A DNA stretch of 32,000 bases from Patescibacteria group bacterium (GTDB taxonomy: Bacteria; Patescibacteriota; Minisyncoccia; UBA6257; HR35). Below, piece after piece: positions 9,059 to 16,758 of the stretch. The position numbers and the translations under genes were made by a program. The notes beneath the pieces are model-generated. The model had not been told where the DNA came from. It worked only from the letters and a program-made list of their open reading frames with translations, and searched no databases. Position 1 is the stretch's first letter. Each line of letters opens with the position of its first letter. The stretch covers positions 1-32,000 of the forward strand of contig JAUQQN010000002.1 in NCBI GenBank assembly GCA_030549845.1, given 5' to 3'.

Positions 9059-10180
9059 ATGGATAAGCTTTCGTTAATTATAAACAATTTGGAGGAGGTT
9101 TTAACTGAAGATGATCTCAAAAACTTAATTCGGAATAAAAATAGATTGGTTCATTACATAGGCTTTGAAATATCTGGCTTGATACATCTAGGAACAGGAC
9201 TTATGAGTTCTTTAAAAATAAAAGATTTTCAAAAGGCTGGCGTAAAGTGTCATATCTTTTTAGCAGATTGGCATAGTTATATTAACGATAAATTAGGTGG
9301 GGATTTAAAAATCATAAAAGAAACAGCAGTTAAATATTATCAAGAAGCTTTCAAGGTTTGTTTAGAACAAATTGGTGGGAATTCTCAAAAATTGGAATTT
9401 ATTTTAGGGAGTGAACTTTATCATAATAATGATTTATATTGGTTAACTTTTATTGAAATTTCTAAAAATACTACTTTAGCAAGGATCCAAAGAAGTATCG
9501 ATATAATGGGAAGAAAGCTTAAAGAAGAGATTGATTTTGCTAAATTGTGTTATCCACCAATGCAAGTTGCTGATATTTTCGCGATTGGAGCTAATTTAGT
9601 TCATGCAGGCTTAGATCAAAGAAAGGCCCATGTTATAGCAAGAGATGTAGCTTTAAAACTTAAATTTAAACCCCTTCTAGATAAAAACAAAAAACCTATT
9701 AAACCTATAGCTTTACATCACCATATACTTTTGGGACTTGCAAAACCTCCAAAATGGCCGATTACAGAAAGTGAATTAAAAGAAATTTTAGTTGAACTTA
9801 AAATGAGCAAATCAAAGCCAGAATCTTGTGTTTTTATTCATGATTCTAAAGAAGAGGTAGAATCGAAAATTTTAAGAGCTTTTTGCCCACCTAAAGAAAC
9901 ATTGTTTAATCCACCTTTGGATTGGTTAGTAAATTTAGTTTTACCAATAAAAAAAGAAATTTCTATTAAAACTTCGGAAGGAATAAAAAAATATAAAGAA
10001 CATGATAAAGCAAAAATTTTAAAAGATTATCAAAATGGCTTAATTCATCCTTTAGACTTAAAGGAGGTTCTTATTAAAAATCTTTGGGAAATTTTAGAAC
10101 CTATTCATAATCATTTCAAAAATGAAAAATTTAAAAAAATAATACAACAACTAGAAGTCAAAAAGCACGATGGTAAGTAA
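9059..10180 (+). CDS. tyrS: Tyrosyl-tRNA synthetase, archaeal/eukaryotic type
   Basis: 373 aa. Collinear by eye with the Methanocaldococcus jannaschii TyrRS recalled from memory: HYIGFEISGLIHLGTG vs AYIGFEPSGKIHLGHY, YPPMQVADI vs YPIMQVNDI, GLDQRKAHVIARD vs GMEQRKIHMLARE, KMSKS, LHPLDLKEV vs LHPMDLKNA. The Tyr and Asp residues that read tyrosine are conserved. Confidence 0.8.
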   Translation: MDKLSLIINNLEEVLTEDDLKNLIRNKNRLVHYIGFEISGLIHLGTGLMSSLKIKDFQKAGVKCHIFLADWHSYINDKLGGDLKIIKETAVKYYQEAFKVCLEQIGGNSQKLEFILGSELYHNNDLYWLTFIEISKNTTLARIQRSIDIMGRKLKEEIDFAKLCYPPMQVADIFAIGANLVHAGLDQRKAHVIARDVALKLKFKPLLDKNKKPIKPIALHHHILLGLAKPPKWPITESELKEILVELKMSKSKPESCVFIHDSKEEVESKILRAFCPPKETLFNPPLDWLVNLVLPIKKEISIKTSEGIKKYKEHDKAKILKDYQNGLIHPLDLKEVLIKNLWEILEPIHNHFKNEKFKKIIQQLEVKKHDGK

Positions 10181-10199
10181 AATTTAAAATAAAAACAAA

Positions 10200-11171
10200 A
10201 TGAAGAAAATACTTACAGGTATTAAACCAAGCGGGGTGATCCATCTTGGAAATTATTTAGGAATGATTAAAGAAGTTATTGAATTTCAAGGAAAATATGA
10301 AATATTTCTCATGATAGCTGATCTTCATGCTCAAACAGTACCCTATTCTCCTAAGGAATTAAGGAAACTTACACTGGATATAGCCAAATCTCTAGTTGCG
10401 CTAGGGGTGGATCCTAAAAAGACTGTTTTATTTAAACAATCTGATGTTCCCGCACATTTGTATCTTTATTGGATTTTAGGATGCTTAGTTTCAGAAGGAG
10501 ATTTAAGAAGAATGCATGAATATAAAGAACAAAAAGAAAAACACAAAGAAAATGTTGGTGCTGGAATTTTGATGTATCCTGTTTTGATGGCTGCAGATAT
10601 ACTTATTTATAATGCTGATTTAGTACCTGTTGGCAAAGACCAAGAACAACATTTGGAACTTACAAGAGAGTTGGTAAGAAAATTTAATAATAAATTTGGA
10701 AAATTATTTAAAATACCTCAGGTTTACATTCCTTCTGAAACTTCCAAAATAATGAGCTTAACAAATCCTCTCAAAAAGATGTCAAAATCTGAACCTGAGG
10801 GGTGTTTAGAAATTTTTGAAAACGAAAAAAGAATAAAAGAAAAGATTCTTAAAGCTGTTACAGATTCAGAGGCAGTTGTAAAATATGATCCAGAAAAAAA
10901 ACCTGGAATTTCTAATTTAATGACAATTTATAAATATTTAACTAAAAAATCATATCATGAAATTGAAGAAGAATTTAAAAATAAAGGATATTATGAATTT
11001 AAATTAGCAGTTTATAAAGCTTTTATGAATTTCTTCAAAGAAAAAAGAGAGAGAAAAAAGAGACTCAGCGATTCATACATTCAAAAATTATTAATTTTAG
11101 GAGCAAAGAAAGCAAATAAAGTAGCAAATGAAAATCTAGAAAAAATTTTAAAGGCTACAGGTTTAAGATAA
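10200..11171 (+). CDS. trpS: Tryptophanyl-tRNA synthetase, bacterial type
   Basis: 323 aa. TGIKPSGVIHLGNYLG (HIGH region), VPVGKDQEQHLELTRE and KMSKS are all typical of bacterial TrpRS. Confidence 0.9.
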   Translation: MKKILTGIKPSGVIHLGNYLGMIKEVIEFQGKYEIFLMIADLHAQTVPYSPKELRKLTLDIAKSLVALGVDPKKTVLFKQSDVPAHLYLYWILGCLVSEGDLRRMHEYKEQKEKHKENVGAGILMYPVLMAADILIYNADLVPVGKDQEQHLELTRELVRKFNNKFGKLFKIPQVYIPSETSKIMSLTNPLKKMSKSEPEGCLEIFENEKRIKEKILKAVTDSEAVVKYDPEKKPGISNLMTIYKYLTKKSYHEIEEEFKNKGYYEFKLAVYKAFMNFFKEKRERKKRLSDSYIQKLLILGAKKANKVANENLEKILKATGLR

Positions 11172-11172
11172 A

Positions 11173-11730
11173 CTATTTTTTATATCTTTCTACATATTCG
11201 CCTTTTTCTGTATTTACTACTATCTCTTCGCCAATCTCAATAAAAAGAGGAACTGTAATTTCGGCACCTGTCTCTATTTTTGCTATTTTATAATTAGATT
11301 TTTCTGAATCTCCTTTTACGCCAGGAGAAGTTTCTATTACTTTATAAACAGCTTTTATAGGGAGCTCTATATTAAGCAATTGGTTTTCATAAAATAATCC
11401 TTTTATATCTAAATCTTTTTTTAAAAACTTAAATTTATTGCCTAAAATATCAGCCTTTATTTCATACTTATTACTTTTTTCATCCAAAAAATAAGCTATA
11501 TCATGCTTACTATACAAAAATTTAATGGGCCTTTTTTCTAATTCAATTTCTTCTAAATCTTCATCTGGATTAAAAACCTTTTTCAAAGTATTTCCTGACT
11601 TTATGTTTTTAAGTAAAAATTCTATATCTGCCTTGCCTCTCCCTCTATGAGAATGTTCTATTTCCAAAATTTGCCAAATTTCTCCATTTAAATTTATTGC
11701 ATCTCCTACTTTTAAGTATCTAACTTTCAT
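11173..11730 (-). CDS. efp: Translation elongation factor P
   Basis: 185 aa. Three-domain length, and an N-terminal KOW-like domain with the loop HRGRGKADIE containing the conserved modifiable Lys position. C-terminal ITVPLFIEIGEEIVVNTEKGEYVERY is typical of EF-P. Confidence 0.85.
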   Translation of the reverse strand: MKVRYLKVGDAINLNGEIWQILEIEHSHRGRGKADIEFLLKNIKSGNTLKKVFNPDEDLEEIELEKRPIKFLYSKHDIAYFLDEKSNKYEIKADILGNKFKFLKKDLDIKGLFYENQLLNIELPIKAVYKVIETSPGVKGDSEKSNYKIAKIETGAEITVPLFIEIGEEIVVNTEKGEYVERYKK

Positions 11731-13220
11731 TCTTCTTTAAGCTTTTTTAATAATTCCTTTAATACATCGACCTCTTCTTCTTTTTTAGGATTTTTAAAGC
11801 TTACTATAAGATTTTTTGTTTTTAATTCAGAAAGCTTTATGCCTGATTTAAATTTATCTTCACATTCATAACACACATTTCTTTCAGATTTTTTATCTTT
11901 CCAAAAATTTTCTCCACAATATTTGCATGTAGCAATTTCTTGTTCTTCTGAAACAGCTTCTCTATATTTTTTGAATATTTTTGACTCTACTATTTTTCTA
12001 TTTTTTGTATATTTTATCCTTGTAAGCTTTATTATTTCATCTACATAACTTATCTCTGGAATTTGTTTTGGAGGAAATGTTCTTGCTAAAAATGGTAAAG
12101 CAGGAGTTCCATCTATTGTTATTTTTGCATAGATGTGATATTTTGGTAAATTAATAAATTCATAAGCTTTTATTGTTACAAATTCTTTTTCTAGCCTCTC
12201 TGCATCTAAACTACCAGTTTTAAAAATCAAAAAATTCCCAACATTTCCAAAAACTGCTTTTAAAATAGATTCTGGTACTTGATCTAAATATTGATGAGAT
12301 AGAATCAAATTTAATCGATATTTCCTTGCTTCTGACAAAATATTAACAAAAGAATCTGTAGCAAAATTTTGAAACTCATCTATATAAAGATAAAAATCTT
12401 TTCTTTTTTCTTCTTCTATATCAACTCTACTCATAGCTGCGAGTTGGAATTTTGTTATTAAAAGCCCTCCTAATAAAGCTGAGTTTTCTTCACCAAGTTT
12501 TCCTTTTGATAAATTGGCTAGAAATATTTTTCCTTCATCCATCATCCTTCTTAAATCAAAAGAGCTTTTTTCTTGACCTATTATATTTCTTATAAGAGGA
12601 CTTGTTATGAATTGACCAACCTTATTTTGTATAGGAGCTATTGCTTCTGTTCTAAAAGTAGAATGGTATCTTGCAAATTCATTTTCCCAGAATGCTCTAA
12701 TTACAGGGTCTTTTAAGTTTTTAATAACCTCCTTTCTAAAATTATCATCCCCTAACATTCTATTTATATCTAATAAAGTTGAGTTTGGAAATTCAAGTAA
12801 AGCTAATAAAGTATTCATTAGGATATACTCCATCCGTGCCGACCAAGCATCTACCCATATTTTTTTCAAAACTGACAAAATACTTGATGCTACAATATGC
12901 CTAAATTCATAAGAAACATTTTCAAGGGGATTAAAGGATAAAGGATATTCTATATCTCCTGGATCAAAATAAATTACATCTTCTAATCTACTTTTAGGAA
13001 TAAATTTGAGCACCCTCAAAACACTATCACCATGAGGATCTATATAACCAATTCCTTTATTAGTCTGGATATCATAAAAAATCATATTTTCAATCAAAGT
13101 GGTTTTTCCTGAACCAGTTTTTCCTAAAATATAGACATGCCTTCTTCTATCTTCTGTTTTTATACCAAAATTGATTTCTTTATTTCTAAAAAAAGCCACT
13201 CCTATTGGTAAAATTTCCAT
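11727..13220 (-). CDS. Soluble P-loop ATPase of the VirD4/TraD/TrwB (type IV coupling protein-like) family with a C-terminal CxxC-X14-CxxC zinc ribbon
   Basis: 497 aa. Walker A ILGKTGSGKTT, GYIDPHGD, Walker B YLYIDEFQNF, and LILSHQYLDQV (a sensor-like SHQ block). No N-terminal TM helices. C-terminal CKYCGENF...CYECEDK plus a Lys/Glu tail. ATGA overlap with efp, and a 1-nt gap from the ATP-cone gene. Confidence 0.6.
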   Translation of the reverse strand: MEILPIGVAFFRNKEINFGIKTEDRRRHVYILGKTGSGKTTLIENMIFYDIQTNKGIGYIDPHGDSVLRVLKFIPKSRLEDVIYFDPGDIEYPLSFNPLENVSYEFRHIVASSILSVLKKIWVDAWSARMEYILMNTLLALLEFPNSTLLDINRMLGDDNFRKEVIKNLKDPVIRAFWENEFARYHSTFRTEAIAPIQNKVGQFITSPLIRNIIGQEKSSFDLRRMMDEGKIFLANLSKGKLGEENSALLGGLLITKFQLAAMSRVDIEEEKRKDFYLYIDEFQNFATDSFVNILSEARKYRLNLILSHQYLDQVPESILKAVFGNVGNFLIFKTGSLDAERLEKEFVTIKAYEFINLPKYHIYAKITIDGTPALPFLARTFPPKQIPEISYVDEIIKLTRIKYTKNRKIVESKIFKKYREAVSEEQEIATCKYCGENFWKDKKSERNVCYECEDKFKSGIKLSELKTKNLIVSFKNPKKEEEVDVLKELLKKLKEE

Positions 13221-13221
13221 T

Positions 13222-13497
13222 TTATTTATTTTTTACTTCTTTTTCATAATTTAACCAAGCTTCAGCAACTTTTGGATATTTTTCTTTTAGATGATCTAAA
13301 ATTAAATTTCTTATATCCTCTGTAGAAATTATTTCTTTTTCTTCACAAAATTCAAAAACTACTCTACTTACTTCTTCAACTATCTGAAAAATATTATTCA
13401 TTCCTGCATCTTTTGCAGCTTTTTCTATTGAAATTTTTATTTTTTCAGGTTCAAAATCTTCCTCGTAACCCTTTCTTTTTATTACTTTTTTCATCAA
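13222..13497 (-). CDS. Stand-alone ATP-cone domain protein
   Basis: 91 aa. VIKRKGYEEDFEPEKIKISIEKA...ISTEDIRNLILDHL...AEAWLNYEK follows the ATP-cone pattern (V.KRdG..E.F...KI..si..a ... ist..i...v...L ... a..y..y). There is no zinc ribbon, so it is not a full NrdR. Confidence 0.7.
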   Translation of the reverse strand: MMKKVIKRKGYEEDFEPEKIKISIEKAAKDAGMNNIFQIVEEVSRVVFEFCEEKEIISTEDIRNLILDHLKEKYPKVAEAWLNYEKEVKNK

Positions 13498-13515
13498 TTA
13501 AAATTTTAACCTAAG

Positions 13516-13797
13516 TTACTCAAAAATAGAAATAGAGTAGCCCTGTTCTAGTTTTACATAAGCTTTTTTAAATCTTGGTCTTACATTTAAAATTTTTGTT
13601 CTTCCTCTTTTACGCTTAGAATAATTTATCACCCTTACTTCCCTTACTTTTACATTAAATTTTTTCTCTATTAAGCTTTTTATTTCTACTTTATTTAAAT
13701 CAGGTGGAAAAATTTTAAAAACATATGTATTTTGTGAGGTTGATAAATTTCTTGATTTTTCTGAAATTACTGGTAAAATTTTAGCTTCTTTTTTCAT
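13516..13797 (-). CDS. rplW: 50S ribosomal protein L23
   Basis: 93 aa. Position after rplD, and the typical motifs YVFKI....NK.EIK..IEK.F.VKV..V. Confidence 0.9.
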   Translation of the reverse strand: MKKEAKILPVISEKSRNLSTSQNTYVFKIFPPDLNKVEIKSLIEKKFNVKVREVRVINYSKRKRGRTKILNVRPRFKKAYVKLEQGYSISIFE

Positions 13798-14446
13798 TTT
13801 TTTTCAAAAAGGTATTAAGAATTACTTCTAAACTTTTGGGCTCTAGGAATAAATATTTATGATTTAATAATGCCAAAATATTAATATTTCTTGCCTCTAT
13901 TGCATCAGCATAAGGTAAATTTCTAACGGATTTTATTAGTGCTCTATCGTTTTCTGGTATAACAATTAATGCAGATTCATATTTCTTTTTTGTTTTCCTT
14001 TTTTCTAAAAATCTTGTTAAAATTTCATGCATTTTCTTAGTTTTATATTCTTCTGGCCTTAAGCTTTCTAACATCTTTACAAAATTATTTTTAAATTTTT
14101 GTGCTAGTACTGTTAAAATAGCTTTTCTTTTCATTTTTTTATTTATCTTAATGGCTCTTACTTTTTCCTTTCTTGGTCCAAAGGTAACTCCACCACCTTT
14201 CCAGATAGGAGACCTAATTGAACCATGTCTTGCTCTTCCTGTATGCTTTTGGGGCCAAGGTTTTCTACCGCCACCTCTAACTTCAGCTCTAGTCTTTGTA
14301 TGAGCCCAAGGATAATAAGAATTTAAAATCTGCCATCTCATAACTTGATGCACTAGTGCAGGATTCCATTCTAAATCCTCTAAAACTTTGGGTACTTCAT
14401 ACTCTCCTATTATTTCCCCTTTTTGATTATAAATAGGTACTTTCAT
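13781..14446 (-). CDS. rplD: 50S ribosomal protein L4
   Basis: 221 aa. [42 protein letters not shown] is the L4 signature. Confidence 0.95.
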   Translation of the reverse strand: MKVPIYNQKGEIIGEYEVPKVLEDLEWNPALVHQVMRWQILNSYYPWAHTKTRAEVRGGGRKPWPQKHTGRARHGSIRSPIWKGGGVTFGPRKEKVRAIKINKKMKRKAILTVLAQKFKNNFVKMLESLRPEEYKTKKMHEILTRFLEKRKTKKKYESALIVIPENDRALIKSVRNLPYADAIEARNINILALLNHKYLFLEPKSLEVILNTFLKKNEKRS

Positions 14447-15084
14447 CTTATTTTTCCTTTATTTGTTAAATTAGCACTTCTAATTTCTAATAAGCCTTTT
14501 CTGTTCCCAGGTACGCTTCCTTTGAGCCCTAATATATTGTTTTCTTTATCAATATAAACTATTTCTAAATTTCTAATGGTTATCCTTTTATTGCCTTCTC
14601 TTCCTGCCATTTTTAAGCCCTTTATAACTCTTTGGGGGGTTGTAGCACCTATTGAACCAGGATGTCTATATTTCGTTGTTTGTCCATGGGTTCTAGGAGC
14701 ATCCCTAAACCCCCACCTTGAAACAACACCTTGGAAACCTTTCCCTTTGCTGATACCAGAGACATTTACTAATTCTCCTTCATTAAAAATAGAGATGTCA
14801 ATTTTATCGCCTAATTTAAAGTTAGATAAATATTCCTCTGGAACCCTAAACTCTTTTATAAACCTAAATTTACCCAAATTATGAACTTGGCCTAAAACTG
14901 GTTTTTTTACCTTTTTCTTTTCACCACAACCCACTTGAATAGCTGGATAACCATCTTTTTCTTTTGTCTTAATGTTTGTCACAACACAAGGCAAAATTTC
15001 AACTAAAGTTACAGGAATAGCTTTAAAATCCTTAAATAAAGTTGTCATACCTAATTTTTTACCAAGGATAAACTTAATCATCAC
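14443..15084 (-). CDS. rplC: 50S ribosomal protein L3
   Basis: 213 aa. [29 protein letters not shown] and [14 protein letters not shown] are L3 signatures. Confidence 0.95.
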   Translation of the reverse strand: MMIKFILGKKLGMTTLFKDFKAIPVTLVEILPCVVTNIKTKEKDGYPAIQVGCGEKKKVKKPVLGQVHNLGKFRFIKEFRVPEEYLSNFKLGDKIDISIFNEGELVNVSGISKGKGFQGVVSRWGFRDAPRTHGQTTKYRHPGSIGATTPQRVIKGLKMAGREGNKRITIRNLEIVYIDKENNILGLKGSVPGNRKGLLEIRSANLTNKGKIR

Positions 15085-15105
15085 GTATTAAATTTTTAAT
15101 AATTT

Positions 15106-15432
15106 TTAAATTATTTTTAACTCAATCTCTACTCCTGCTGGTAGATCAAGATAAGAAAATAACTCTACGACCCTTTGGGTTGGGTTTATTACGTCAATTA
15201 ATCTTTTATGAATCTTTAATTCAAATTGCTCTCTTGAATCTTTATATATAAAAGGAGAACGATTGACTGTATAAATCTTAGTTTCAGTAGGTAAAGGAAC
15301 AGGTCCTCTTATTTGCATTCCTTCCTTCAACAATAAATCAACAAGTTGTTTTGCATATTTATCAATCAATCTATGATCATATGACATCAATCTTATTCTT
15401 AGTCTTTGCTCTTGTTTTTGTTTTGAGTTCAT
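15106..15432 (-). CDS. rpsJ: 30S ribosomal protein S10
   Basis: 108 aa. RIRLMSYDHRLID...GPVPLPT...YTVNRSPFIYKDSREQFE...HKRLIDV is typical of S10. Confidence 0.95.
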   Translation of the reverse strand: MNSKQKQEQRLRIRLMSYDHRLIDKYAKQLVDLLLKEGMQIRGPVPLPTETKIYTVNRSPFIYKDSREQFELKIHKRLIDVINPTQRVVELFSYLDLPAGVEIELKII

Positions 15433-15471
15433 TTTTGAGTGTTCGAAATATCGTCAAAATATTATTGTCTT

Positions 15472-16671
15472 TTATTTTATTATTTTTGTAACAACACCAG
15501 CACCTACTGTTTTTCCACCTTCTCTTACTGCAAACCTTAAACCTTCTTCTAACGCTACAGGATAGATTAACTTTACTTTAAATGTGGCATTATCACCTGG
15601 CATTACTGCTTCTATTCCTTCTGGTAAAACTATTTCTCCTGTAACATCTGTTGTTCTAAAGTAAAATTGAGGTTTATAGCCGGTATGAAATGGAGTATGC
15701 CTTCCTCCTTCTTCAGGAGTTAAAACATATACTTCTGCTTCAAATTCTGTGTGAGGTGTAATAGTGCCTGGCTTTGCCACAACCATTCCTCTTTCAACTT
15801 CTTCCTTTGCAACACCTCTTAACAAAAGACCTACGTTATCTCCCGGATGAGCTTCGTCTAAGTCTTTATGAAACATTTGAATACCTGTTACAACTGTCTT
15901 TAATGGTTTTTCTCTCAAGCCTACAACTTCAACTTCTTCATTGAGCTTTAGAATTCCTCTTTCAACTCTCCCTGTAACAACTGTACCACGACCAGCGATT
16001 GAGAAAACATCTTCTATTGGCATTAAAAATGGTTTATCTATCTCTCTTACTGGTTCTGGAATATAAGTATCTAGCGCTTCCAGTAGTTCTAAAATTGGCT
16101 TTGCCCATTCGTCATCTAAACTTTTTGCTTCTAATGCTTTTAATGCTGAACCTTTTATAACAGGAACCTCATCACCTGGATAGCCATATTTTTTAAGCTC
16201 ATTTCTTACATCTTCTTCAACAAGTTCTATTAATTCTTTATCAGGTACCATATCAATTTTATTTATAAAAACAACTATAGCAGGTACATTTACTTGTCTT
16301 GCCAAAAGTATATGTTCTCGTGTTTGAGCCATGACTCCATCATTAGCTGCTACAACCAAAATAGCACCATCCATTTGAGCTGCTCCAATAATCATATTTT
16401 TTACATAGTCAGCATGCCCAGGACAGTCGATGTGTGCATAGTGTCTTTTTTCTGTTTCATATTCTGAGTGGTGAATGTTTATAGTAATACCTCTTGCCTT
16501 TTCTTCAGGCGCATTATCAATTTCTTCAACTGTTTCTGCTCTTTCAAGTAATCCTTTAAGTTTAAGTATATATTGAATTGCTGCGGTTAAAGTAGTTTTC
16601 CCGTGATCAATATGACCAATTGTGCCTACATTAATGTGTGGTTTTACTCTTTCAAACTTTGCTGCTGCCAT
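15472..16671 (-). CDS. tuf: Translation elongation factor Tu
   Basis: 399 aa. [18 protein letters not shown] and NKID GTPase motifs, with full-length EF-Tu collinearity. Confidence 0.98.
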   Translation of the reverse strand: MAAAKFERVKPHINVGTIGHIDHGKTTLTAAIQYILKLKGLLERAETVEEIDNAPEEKARGITINIHHSEYETEKRHYAHIDCPGHADYVKNMIIGAAQMDGAILVVAANDGVMAQTREHILLARQVNVPAIVVFINKIDMVPDKELIELVEEDVRNELKKYGYPGDEVPVIKGSALKALEAKSLDDEWAKPILELLEALDTYIPEPVREIDKPFLMPIEDVFSIAGRGTVVTGRVERGILKLNEEVEVVGLREKPLKTVVTGIQMFHKDLDEAHPGDNVGLLLRGVAKEEVERGMVVAKPGTITPHTEFEAEVYVLTPEEGGRHTPFHTGYKPQFYFRTTDVTGEIVLPEGIEAVMPGDNATFKVKLIYPVALEEGLRFAVREGGKTVGAGVVTKIIK

Positions 16672-16720
16672 TTTTTTAAATTTTTAAAAAATAATTTAAA
16701 ATACCGACCTTTATCTTAAA

Positions 16721-16749
16721 ATTTTACTAAATTGTTATCATAAAGTCAA
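16721..16749 (-). promoter_or_regulatory. Sigma-70-type promoter in the rpoC-tuf spacer: TTGACT-N17-TAAAAT
   Basis: On the minus strand the -35 TTGACT is at 16749..16744. A 17-nt spacer follows, then the -10 TAAAAT at 16726..16721, about 50 nt upstream of the tuf ATG. Confidence 0.55.
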
Positions 16750-16758
16750 TAATTCATG

